NCBI GenBank assembly: GCA_004431415.1
Contig: QPMI01000058.1
Span: forward strand, 124,001-188,000
Source of the DNA: Cyanophora paradoxa CCMP329
Taxonomy: Eukaryota; Plantae; Glaucophyta
Direction of reading: 5' to 3'
Length of the DNA: 64,000 bases
In this document: one piece after another, positions 45,375 to 56,699 of the stretch
Layout of the letters: the number at the start of each line of letters is the position of its first letter
How positions within the stretch are numbered: the first letter of the stretch is position 1
Position numbers and translations under genes: made by a program
The notes under the pieces: generated by a model
What the model was told of the DNA's origin: nothing
Seen by the model: only the letters and a program-made list of their open reading frames with translations
The model's database searches: none

Positions 45375-46449
45375 TAGCTACGGTAGCCTATAGCTAGTCG
45401 TGCCATGCACTGTCCACTGGGCCATGCATATGCATGGCCATGGCATACTTAATGTCTTGGCAAATTAATATTGCAAGAAGACTCTGCAGCTGCTGAGATC
45501 GAGATTCGAATTCGGAATCTAGATCGATATCCAGATCTAGACTGGCAGAGCTGAGCGCCATGACGCCCATGATGACGGTCATTGTGCGCGATCAGATTTA
45601 CGTATACGTATACGGACTCCGGGATGCTGTTCACGGTTTTTCATGAAGTCACACTTGCATATGAATTCGCAAAAGGTTGGACGACTGATGCGGGGCGGTT
45701 CGGGTTTTGAGTCCGGTTTCGGGCCGTGAGCGCTGCTGGCGCCTCCCTCTGGTATGCCGTGCGAACATTACGTGGACAGAGCTTGCGCCCCGCCGCGAGA
45801 CAGATGCCTCCGGCCGCCAGCTGCTGATGAGCTGGCGTTGTAGTTACACACTTCTTAGAGGATGCCGACTTCCATGGCCACCTCCCGTGAGATCTCCGGC
45901 GCCAGTTGGCTCGTGGGCGTCCGAGGACTCCTTTTCTGATCCTCTCGTACAGTGTAAATCGAAGTATGCCGCCGCGACAACGTCCAGCCCTTTTTCGAAA
46001 GCGCGCTTGTACTGCCGTCTGTTCGTTGAGCCAAGGATGACGAAGGTGGGACCCGGGAAAACGTCGGCCGCCGGCAGTGATTTGTCGCCACCGAGCCTAA
46101 ATGAAGCTCGCGTACGCGGCCCGCGGCGGCCGCGGACGTACGTATACGCTGGGGCGGCCTGGGCCGTTAGGAGTCGGAGCTCGTCTAGCGGCGGCGTAGC
46201 TGAGTGGATAAGCTACTGAAAGGTCTAGACACGATGCTGCGCACGCGCGGGGCGCGACGGAGCGCATGCGGCCGCCGGCAGCGCTCGGCCCGCGAAGCGC
46301 CTCGGTGCGTGTACCCGTCGAAAAAAGTTTTCAACTAGAGCCGCAGCAGCGAGGCAGCTTTCCTGAGATATCGCACGCCGCGAGCAACTCGATCGTTTCG
46401 CGAGGCAGCTTCCGCCGCTCCTGGAGGCGGCGAGCGCGCGGCCCGACAG

Positions 46450-47836
46450 ATGTTCTCAAACAAGCGGCAGCTAGAGGCCCAGCAGGCGTTGGAGAAGAAG
46501 GAACAGGAAGCCTTGGAAGAGGCGCTGAGAAAGGCGGCCGAAGATGAGGGCGACCTGAGCACCGCGAAGGAGAAGCGCCGGTGCGGCAGCCCCGCGAGCG
46601 CTCACATGCGATCGAACCGAGGCATGCCGGTCGCAGCGTCTGGCTCGTGAAGATTCCGAACTTCCTCGCGGACTCCTGGGCCCAATGTTCGCAGAGCGAC
46701 CTCGAACTGGGCCGCGTGAAGATGATCCCCGACGGCGAGGGCAGGCCACCGAAGGCGCGCCGGCCCGGCGTGCATTCGAGGCCGCCGAGCGTGCGCTGAC
46801 GTCTCCGGCGTGGCGCGCGTCCCCGCAGATGCGCCTCATCCTGAAGAACCCGCCCTCGCAAGAACGGCAGGTCCTGGAGAGCTTCGCCAAGTTCCCGAAG
46901 GAGTACGACCTGCAGCTGCTCTCCGCAGAAGGCAGCGATGCGCTCCAGATCCTCTCCACCACCCGCGAAGAAGGTCCCGCCCGCCCCCGGGCCGCCCGCG
47001 CAGCGGAGCGCGGCGCGGCGCGGCGCTCGCTCACCGGCGGCTCGCGCGCGCAGGGGGCGGCGTCTCGCATGCGATAGAGGGGACCGTAGACCAGAGGCTC
47101 GACGTCAAGCCCCAGAACACGCCTGAATACCGCGCGCTCTGCAGGCGCGCCCGCCCGCCGCCGGCCGGCACCGGCACCTCCGTACTCGCTGAAGAGCTCG
47201 CAGGGAGCGGCAGCTGAAGAGCACGACGCACCTGCGGCAGGTGAAGACGATCGACGCGATCGAGCACAAGCGGACGGCGTTCGTCAAGCCGATCAGCGCG
47301 GCGATGGCCAAGAAGATGCGGCAAGAGAAGGCGTACGCCGCGAAGCGCGAGCGCGTCAGCAAGGACGAGGCCATCAACCGCATTCTCTCCGCCTTCGAAT
47401 CGCAGCCGGTGCCCAGCGGGGCCCGCCTCCTGTTCGTGCGCGCGTACCCCCCCCCGGGCCTCACGCCCTCGGGGGGTAGGCCATGAACATCAAGGATCTT
47501 TCCGAGAAGACTGACCAGCCGATGGTGGGACCCCGCCCCTCCTTCCCCGCGCAACCGGCTTTGAGCGCATGTAACCCCCTCCCCCTCCCCCCCTCCCCTT
47601 CCTCCCCCCCCCCTCCTCGCAGAACTACCTGAAGGAGATCATGAAGGACGTCTGCGTGAACATCAGGACCGGGCCCAACCGGCGCGCCGTACCCCCCCCC
47701 CCCGCCGCTTCCTCCCCCGTCCCGCGCTCACCCCTTCGTTCGCAGGGGCCTGTACGAGCTGAAGCCCGAGCTCAAGGGGACCAGCTCCTCCTCGGGCGGC
47801 GCCGGCGCGGGCCCCAGCGGCGCCGGGCCCTCTTAA
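46450..47836 (+). CDS. GTF2F2: General transcription factor IIF beta subunit (RAP30/Tfg2)
   Basis: SVWLVKIPNFLADSW, PKEYDL, IEGTVDQRLDVKP..EYRALC, ILSAFE, IKDLSEKTDQP..YLKEIM, LYELKPE. Confidence 0.92.
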
Positions 47837-48053
47837 GCATAGGCCCTCAGCGCGCGATTTCGAAGCTGGCCGAGCAAGCTTTCTATTCCCGTCTTCGACG
47901 TTTCCCCGCGCGCGTCACATCGAAATCGATACATGTACAGTAGTCTTGAGCTTCCGAAATTTCCAAGAGCGCAGATATAAATTGAGTGCCAGCTGCAGCT
48001 CACACGCACGCGTCGCGAGCTCGCGTCGCACGTCGCCGTCCGTTTAATTTGTG

Positions 48054-48236
48054 CACGTGTCGCCCATGGCCATGGCTTTAGGGGGCGCCAAGCTGTAGCT
48101 GTAGCTATATATGGGTTTAGACGCGTCTAGATCTGGAGCTCGCGTCGTACGTCGACGTCCGTCTGTACATGTGTCGCCCATGGCCATGGCTTTAGGGGGC
48201 GCCAAGCTGTAGCTGTAGCTGTATATGGGTTTAGAT
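48054..48236. repeat. Direct duplication of ~65 bp
   Basis: gtgtcgcccatggccatggctttagggggcgccaagctgtagctgtagct(a/g)tatatgggtttaga occurs at about 48057 and 48171. Confidence 0.9.
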
Positions 48237-48442
48237 GTAGAAATTTAAATTTAGGCGATCGCGCATGCGCACGCGCGCGAGCGAACATCGACGGCGCGGC
48301 GGCCGCGACGGCGCTAGCGCCCATTGGGCTTGCGCGGCCTCGGGGGGGCGCCGGCATGTTTGTTGCGCGAGGCCGCGGCGCCGGCACGGGCCGCGGGGCT
48401 TGCATGGGGCTGGGAGCGGACGGGTACAGGGCGATTGCAGAG

Positions 48443-49694
48443 ATGACCGTCCTCGAGATCCACGGCGCCGCCAACCGCTTCGTCCTAAGCTCGGTCGGCG
48501 CACGAGTCGCGACATGGACCGTCCGTCTCGCCCCGCGACCTCGCGCAGCTAACGGCGGATGCTGACGCGAGCCCCTCCCCGCCAGTGCTTCGACCGGGCC
48601 ACATCGACGTGGCGGACGGTGTGCAAGGGTGACGCCTCAAAGGCACCGACCCAGGACGGCTACAGATTCGCGGTCCGTCCCGCACGTACGTAAGTTAATG
48701 GCCGGGGCTGAGTCGCGCCCCGCGCGACGCGCAGGTTATGTTCCCTTGGGTCAACAGAATCGGCGGCGCTAGCTGGAAGCTGGAGGACCCGCACAAGGGC
48801 CCTGTCGAGGTTCCGGTTGAGCCCTTCCCGGCGAACCTGCACGGCCTCCTCGCGGACGCGGTCTTTCAGGCACGCGCCGAAGCCGGAATGTAACCCGCGG
48901 ACGCTGATTGGCCCGCGCAGATAGTGGATTCCTCGCCCTCGTCGGTACGGCGTCCGAGATTACGAGATTTGATCCCGCCTCGCGCGCCGCTAACGCGAGA
49001 CGCCCCAGGCGACATTCCGCACGCGCATGGCCGCCCACCGGCTTTACCCGCTGCCGCTGGAGTGTACAGTGAAGTACAGCATCGTGCAGGCGTCGATCCC
49101 GGGCGCCGCCTCGGCCGCCTCGCGTGAGTCGCTGTGCGTCGAAGTGCACGCGCGCAACCTCGCGGACCGCGCCGCGTACCTCACGACCGGGGTACACCCC
49201 TACTTCGTCAACCCGTTCGGCGGCCGCGTCGACGACATGAGCCTCCGCATCGCCGCCGCGAACGAAGTCGCCGTCGACGGCAACCTCATCCCCACCGGCG
49301 GCTTCGTCGCCGTACCCCCCGAGCGGTCCTTCCCCGTCGCGCGGCCCCTCGCTGGTGCCAAGTTCGACAACGGGTACCCCCTCGTCAAGGGCTCCTCCCC
49401 CGCCGCCTCCCTGACCTTCCGGAACTTCGAGCTGCACGTACTCCCCGGCCACAACTGCGACACCGTGCAGGCGCGCCACCGTACCCGCCTCGACGGCCCG
49501 TACCCCCTCCCCGCTCATTCCCCTCCCCCCCGCCCCCCCGACAGGTGTACACCCCGGGGGACCGGGAGGAGATCGCGATCGAGCCGCAGGCGGGCGGGGC
49601 GGATGCGTTCCGCGACCCGAAGCACGGGCGCGTGCTTCTGGCCCCCGGCCAGCCCTTCACCTTCTCCTGCACCCTCTCCGCCGCCTTCCTGTAG
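48443..49694 (+). CDS. Aldose 1-epimerase / galactose mutarotase-like protein (alternative ATG at 48404)
   Basis: VGARVATW, MFPWVNRI, NLHGL, YPLPL, GVHPYF, FDNGY, VQVYTP...IAIEPQ. Confidence 0.85.
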
Positions 49695-49963
49695 ATCGGT
49701 ACCCCCGCTGCGGGCCGGCCCGCCCCTCCCCCCCTCCCCTCCCCTATACTTCAATTTTGCGCGCGAGCGCGCGCCGGGGCCCCCCACAGCAGCAGCGGCC
49801 CCTTGTCCCACGTGATTGGATAGCTTATAATTATGTTTGTCTCCCAATTTCACGGATCGTATACTGGTTACCGTATTTCGAAGCGCGGCGGCCGGTCGCG
49901 AGCCAAGCCTAGGCCCAGGCTTGGAGCCGCCTCCGGCCGGGGCTCGATCCGCGGCTCTGGCGG

Positions 49964-52900
49964 CTAGAGGCCCAGCTCGGCCCGGAGGGCGTCCTCGGGG
50001 GAGGCCAGGAGCCTCCCCAGGGCGCCCCGGGGCGTGCTGAGGGCCGTACCCCCCACCAGGACCTGAAAAGGGGGGGGGGGGGGGTTACGGCAAAGGGAGG
50101 GGCGGGGCTGGCGGAGGGGCGGGGCGGGGGCCGGCGCGCCTGGCACTTGTGGCCGGCGAAGGCAGCCGCGACCTCCTTTGCCTCCTGGGCCGTGACACCG
50201 CCCACGAAGAAAACGACCAGAAGCGGATTCGAACCCGGCCTCGGCTTTCCCTGGCCCAGCAGCCCAAAGCGCCTGGCAGAGGAGATTAATTGTGGAAAGA
50301 GGCGATTTCGGGGGGTACAGGCGCATGCACCCGAGGCCGCTCTTGAGGAAGCCGCCCAGGGATACCGACACGTGCTCGAGGTCGGGCGTCTCCGTTGCCT
50401 GTACCCCCCCCACCGACCGTCAGAGAGCGGCCTGTAGGCCCCGGGGGGTACCGGGGCGGGCGGGCGGGCGGGCGCGCCCTTTCGTCGGCGAGGTGGCGGG
50501 CGAGCTGGGCGGCGAGGGGTACGTAGGCGGGTGCGCCGGCCCCGCCCGCCGGCTCCCGGAGCAGGGTCTTGAAGGCAGAGAGGCCGTCGCGGGCGCGGGC
50601 GGCGTCCGCGAGGCGTGCGACGGCCGCCGCGGACCGAGCCTCGAGCCACGCCGCGTCGGGGCGCCGGCGCCGGCCGGCCCGCCCAGCAGCGCCCGCCGCT
50701 CGGCCTCGGGGGCCGCCCGCGCCGCCGCCGCCAGGGCGGCCCTAAGGGGAAGCGCGAGCTCCTCGGCACCCCAGTCCAACGCCGAGGGACCTGCGCCCTT
50801 TCGAGTTCGAACGGGGGCGCCCAGAGCGAGCGAGCGCGAACGAAAAGCGGCACCGCCGAGGCTGGAAGCGTAGGCCGCAAGGCGGAGGACGTCACCGGGG
50901 GGCCGCTCTGCGGGACGGGTACCGCATACGCATGAGACGGGCGTTTAAATCGTTAGAGAGAGAAAGGAGCGCGCTGGAGGGGCCGGTGAGCAGGTCTGCG
51001 AGGAGCCGGGACACGGCGGCGCCCCGCGCCGCCCGCTCCTCGTACCCCTCCTCCCCCGCCGCCCCCTCCGCAATTGTCGAGTAGAGCGCCTGGAGGGGAA
51101 GAGGTCGGGCGGAGTGGAGAGGGGGGGAGGAGCGACGGGGGGTAAGGCACCTTCTCGGAGGCGAGGGCGTCGTCCCAGCCGGGGTACTCGAGCGCGGCGG
51201 AGACGGCTGCGGCGAAGGAGAGGAGGGGCCGCTGGCGGGCCGCCGCAGCCGCCGCCTTCGCCTGCGCGGGGGGTACGGGCCTTGGCAGTGGGCCGGGGCG
51301 GGACCGGGGGGGTACAGCCGACCTCGGATCCCTTGGGGGGGTTCAGGAAGGCGTCAAGGAGCGGGCGCAGCTGCGGCGCGCCGGCCGCCCCCGCCTGCGC
51401 GCGCGGGGGTTCGAGGGGCCAGCTCGGACTAGTACCGGGGTACGGGGTTCGGGGCCGCACCGTCGTCGGGGGTAGGGGCAATCCCTCCCGCACCAGCGCC
51501 TCCACGAGCCTGTACCCCTTTAGAGGCTCGGCGCGGCCGGAACGGGGGGGTACGCCTCACCGCTTCTGGAGGGCCGCGAGTACCTCCTTGGGGGGCCGCG
51601 AGGCGAGGGACTGTAGGAGGGGGCCCGTGGCGACCTCCCCGGGCCGCCCGAGGACCCCGCCGAGCGAGAGCGGCTCCGGCAGCGGCGGCGCGCCCCCTGC
51701 CAGCGTCGCCGGGTCCGACCAGACGGCGCCCTCGTCGTACCCCCCCTCGTCCCCGTTCCGGGGTAGGCACTCCAGGGCGCGGTCAAGCAGGTTCTCCCCC
51801 CTCTGCAGGGGGGCTACCAGGTCCAGCGCCTGCCACCGGGTCGAAAGGGGGTACGGCGGAAGAAGCAGTGGGGGGGTACGCACGCGATCGACCAGAACGA
51901 GGGACGCCGTCGCCGTCGGAGCGGCCGCCGGCTGCCCCCGCGCGTTGGCGGGGTACACGTGCAGAGCGGGGGGGGGGAATCGCGCCTTGGGTACGACGAG
52001 GAGCTCCCGCGCGACGAGGCGCGCCGTGGGGCCCACCGCCCACACCTCCATCCGCGACCTGGGGAGGGGGGTATCGGGAAAAAGGGGGGTAGAGGAATTC
52101 GGGAAGGGGGGTACGCTACGCGCCGCAGGTGAGCGAAGAGGTCTCCCAGCGCGTGGGCGAGGGCGGCCAGGGGGGCCTGCGGCCAGTTGAGGGCGGGAGG
52201 GGGGGGGGCGGGGGGGGGGGGGGGGGGGGAAGGAAGGAACGGAGTGCGCTGAGGCACCCGAATGCGAGGGGGGAGGTGGTCGGCGGTGATCTCGTTGAGG
52301 GGTACGGCGGCCGACGCTTCGTACGCGTCCTGCAGCGCCGCGCTGGGGTACGGGTTCAGATGCAAATGGGGGGAGTGAAACGGGAAATAGGGCGCGGGCG
52401 GACTCGATGCCGAGGGCGGCGGTGGCGCGCGCGTACTCCCGAAGCGTTCCCGCCAGCAGGGGGGATACCCGCTCGTGCCCGGGGAGGAAGAAGAGCCCGG
52501 GTAGGACCTGCAGAAGGGGGGATGAAGGGTGGGGGAGGAGAAGAACAGCGGGGGGAAGGACGCACGGGCACGAACTGGGCGGGGGCGTGCGCCACAGAGA
52601 CCCTCCTGGAGCGGTGGATTTGAGGGGGCGCGGGCGGGCGGCGCGGGCGCATGCGCACGGTTCCGGTCCTGTCTGGTCGACGCTCAGCCAGCCCCGCAGC
52701 TCCCGCGTCAGCCAGCTGCGCGCGGGCGCGCGGACGCGTCGGCGATGGCCGGCGGGCGGGCTGGGGCGGCGCGGGCGTCGCGGGCGCCGCGTGGCGGACT
52801 CGTAGCCGCGGCGGAGCGTCGGGTGGTTCGCCTGCGCCTCGTCGGAGAGTTCGCAGAGGACGGACGCTTCGAGGCAGCGGCCCCTGTGCGCCGCCGCGGC

Positions 52901-53394
52901 CCGCTCTAGAGCCGCCTCCGCGTCCGCGAGGTAGCCGCCTGGTCGAGTTAAGTAGAGCGCGCGCCCGCGGCGGCGCGCGGCTCGAAGCCGCGCACTGATG
53001 AGGAAGCAGAGCTTTGCCTCCGCTACGGAGCCGCCTGCGCGCGCTCGCTCAGCCCCCGTTCGGGTCCGGCGACGCGCGGTGGGGTCGACTTCGAACCCGG
53101 CACGAGGAGCGGCGGAAGCGGCTCCGCGGCGCTGCGACGCGCCGAGCGTCAGCTCCAATGGGCGCGCGAGGGGGTCGGTGGCGCACTCGCTCAGGCGCCG
53201 GAGCGCGAGAACACCGAACTCCTCGCAGAGCGTCTGCAGCGCCGCGGCCGAAGCCAGGAAGGACGCAGACGGCCCATCCGCGATGACGGTCGCCCCGCGG
53301 AGTGCGTCGGCGTGCTCGCGAAGTGCTCTGGGCAAAGTGAGCTGCGACGGGAAGCGGCGGCGCGCGCAGCTCGCCTGCACGGGTCGAGCGCCAT
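49964..53394 (-). CDS. Sec1/Munc18 family protein, SCFD2/MIP3-like
   Basis: GATVIADG, EVWAVGPTARLVA, ASLVLVDR.LDLVAPL, NPLLVVFFVGGVTAQEAKEV, VLVGGTALSTP. Confidence 0.8.
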
Positions 53395-53703
53395 GGAGCC
53401 GCTCCTCTCGAAGCCGACGCGCAGCTGCCTGCCGAGCTAAAGCTACCGCGCTGCGCTGACCAGGGGTACGTTGGTTGACGCCGCCTTAGCTTGCCTTGTT
53501 GCAAGTTGTTGGTGCTGGGCCGGTTCGCGCCAGAGTCAGCTTCTTCCGCGCGGTACAGCCTGCACTGGCCCTGCAGCAGCCCATCGCCCAACAGACCCGT
53601 CGGCTTTCCGATGTCTGCGAGCTCCCTTATCTCTTTGGCATCCGCGTAAGTCGGTTCTGAGCAACCCTGCTGCGGCGGCCGTCCGGCGTTCTCGGCCGCC
53701 CGC

Positions 53704-55288
53704 ATGGCGCTGAGCGCTGGCCACGACGTCCCGGGCGCGCCGGTGCCCCGGCCGGCCGTCGCGGAGCTTTTGGCCATCGTGCAGAACGATCTCGCGCTCC
53801 TGCAACGCGGGACGTCATCTCTCGAGGTCCGTCTAGGCCGCCGCCCGTCCCGCCCGCGTGGGCGTGAGCCGACCCTCGAGTTTGCGCAGAGCAACGCGAA
53901 GCAGGCGGCGGCGCTGCTGGAGCGGCTGCAGGGCGCGCACTCCCGGAGGTGCGAGGTGGTCGCTGAGGCGGAGGCGCACGGGAGCCACGCGTCGGACGAG
54001 CTGCGCAAGGCGCGGGAGGAAGTGCAGTTCCTCGTCGCGAAGATGGAGCAGATGGAGAAGGAGAAGGAGGCCATGCGGGCCCAGGCGCGCGCGCTCTCTC
54101 GCGGCTCCGGCGCCTCGTGACACCCGGCGTCAGGCGGAGGAGGCGGTGCGGGAGCGCGAGCGGATGGATGCGCGGCTCGCGGAGATGGAGGGCATCGAGG
54201 CCGAGCGGCGGCTCATGGCCGCACGCCTCGCGGACGGAGAACAGGCGCGAGCGCGCGCCGCCGCCGCAGATTTGATCCGCGGCGCGCGATTTGATCTTCC
54301 GGGCGTGCAGGCGAGGCTGGAGCAGCTGGATCACGTACACGACCTGGAGCGGGCGCTGGAGGGCGCCCGCAAGGAGATGCGCGCCTCCAGCCGCGCCGCC
54401 GCCGACGCGGAGAAGCGCGCCGCCGCCAGCGTGCGTGGCTGGCGCGGGAGCCGCTGCGGGGGAGCCGCTGAGGGCCGGCGGCGGCGGTGCAGGAGGCGGC
54501 GGCGGAGGCTGCGCGGCGGGAGGCGGAGGAAGTGCGGCAAGAGGCCGAGGAGCGGGCGCGGGCCGTGCGCGGGGGCCGGGGCCGGCGCCGGGGCCGGAGT
54601 CGCGGGCCCGGGGAGGGGGGTACCGACGGGGGGGTACCGCAGATGGTGAAGGAAGAGCTGGAAGCGGAGCGGCGGCGGGCGGAGGAGGAGCGGCAGGCGG
54701 CCGTGCGCGCCGCGACGGCGGCCGCCGAGGAGCGCCTGAGGGGGTACGAGCTCGAGATCAAGCTCCTCCAGAACGCGATCGACTCCAAGTGCGGCCCGTT
54801 TCCAGACGCTCCTGCCCCCCCCCCGGCTCAGGAGGGGGGTACAGGGCCCGGGAGGAGGTGGAGAAGCGCGTGGAGCTCGAGCGCACCCTCGCAGAGGTCA
54901 CGGCCGCCCTGAAGAAGGCGCGCGCGCCCCCGGCTGTTCGCGGGGTACACCCTCCCCATCGCAGTGCGCCGGCTCACAGCGGGGGGGGGGGTACAGGCGA
55001 AGAAGGAGCTCGTGGCCGCGAACGAAGACCGGAAGCGGCTGCGGGCGATGGTCTCCCAGGTGCGGGGGGAATGTGGGGGGTACGCGATCTTTCGAAGCCT
55101 CTGACGGACCTCTACCCTTTCTTTCGGCGCAGCGGGCCCATCTCATGTCGGAGTCGTTCCGGAAGGCGGCGGGGGACGCGGGGGGCGGGGCGCCCCCCGC
55201 CGGCATCGACGAGGTGCCGCCCGCCGCAGCCCCCGCCTGCGCATCCGGTACCCCCGCCTGACTTCCCCCCCCCGGGTACAGGTCCTAA
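53704..55288 (+). CDS. Coiled-coil protein of unknown function
   Basis: E/R/A-rich heptad-like exons joined by plausible introns. Head-to-head with the Sec1-family gene. Confidence 0.65.
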
Positions 55289-55433
55289 AGGACTTGGACG
55301 ACCTGGAGGCCCTCTGCCGCACCTCCCTCTCCTCCTGACCCTTCGCACGCTGCGCCCCGCATTGACCCGCCCGGCCTCCCTACGGCCGCTCGAACCGTCG
55401 TGTGATTAATTAATTAATGAATTAAATGTGCTG

Positions 55434-56378
55434 CTACTCCTCTGGCTGCGCTTTTTGCACGAGGGTCGATCGCGAGACTGAGATCGGCAGCTGGATGCGC
55501 CGCGGGGCCGGCGTCCCGGGCCGCGGCCCGCCGGCCTGCATGCGCGCCCTGGAAGCCGTGAGCACCTCGAGCTCGGGGGCTGTCGCCGCCGCCGCCGCCG
55601 CCGCTGCCGCTGCCGCGCCGCCTAGGCCTTTGCCTTCGGCGTAGCGCTCCTTAGCGGCGCTGGAGCGGCGCCTGCCGCTCCGCAGGGCGCTCGGCGGCGC
55701 CTCGAGGATGTCGCGGCCAGCGGCCGCCCGGAGCCACGCGGCCACGTCCCGCGCGCAGAGCGGCGAGGTCGTCGCGTCTCCGAGCGCCGCGAGTACTGTT
55801 TCGCGCGCCGCCTCCCGCGCCAGCCGGTCCGTCCTCAGCTGCGCGAAAACCAGAACGAGCGCGTGAGAAATGAAGGCGCCTCGGCCTCAGGGCCAGCCCC
55901 GCGCGGGGGCAAGCGCGGCAGCTTGCGCAAAACCACTCTTTGCGCACCGGGTGCTCGATGGCGGCGCGCTCATCGTCGCTGAGGTCGGGCCAGAGCGCGG
56001 CGAGCAGGTAGCCCGCGAACAGCGCCTCCTCAAGCGTCCCGTCGAAAGTGGTTAGGGCCCGCAAGAGCCGCGGAATGCGGTCGGCGAGGTCCGGAAGCCG
56101 CCGCGGGCAGACGCGTACGGAAACCCCGTCGGGCTCTGCATGCGCGAATTAAACTGGATCATCGGCGCGCGCGAGCGCGCGCGGGAGCACCAGCACGGTC
56201 GCAGGCCCCGGCGAGCCGCATCGCGAACGGTGGCGGCATTTTTTGCGCGGCCCGGCGGTCTTGAAAATGCGCGGTGCGGGTACCCCCCTCTAAATTCGAT
56301 CGCCGCAGAGATATCAGCGCGGCGCGCCCGGCGGCCCCCCATGCATGCAGATATTCTTGCAGATATGCAGATATGCAT
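55434..56378 (-). CDS. Hypothetical protein, boundaries uncertain
   Basis: Protein-like segments LTTFDGTLEEALFAGYLLAALWPDLSDDERAAIEHPVRKEWFCASC and AAWLRAAAGRDILE. No family recognised. Confidence 0.35.
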
Positions 56379-56699
56379 GCATCATCCCCCCCCCCCCCCC
56401 CCCTCTCCTTCCCGGCCCGGCGGCCCTCTCCCGCGATTCCTCAAGCTGGGGATCCCCCTTCTAGCTCCCTCGACAAATACATCTCTCTCTCTCTCTCTAT
56501 CTCTAAAGCTTGGGGCCGGGCGCTGCGGGCCCATCCTGTTGAGGTCTTGGGACTCCGTAGGCATTCGCCCTCCGTTAGCTATATAGGCCCTCCGTAGGCA
56601 TTCGCAGTTCAAAAATGCGCGAAAATTTAAATATTTAATTAGCAGAATGGCCACCGTAGCTAGCGCTACCGAGGCTAGCTAGAGTGCGTTTGACTCGAC

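Noticed and set aside
45707-46270. Possible small gene upstream of TFIIF-beta
   Set aside because: A protein-like minus-strand frame exists, but I could not establish a start, splice path or family.
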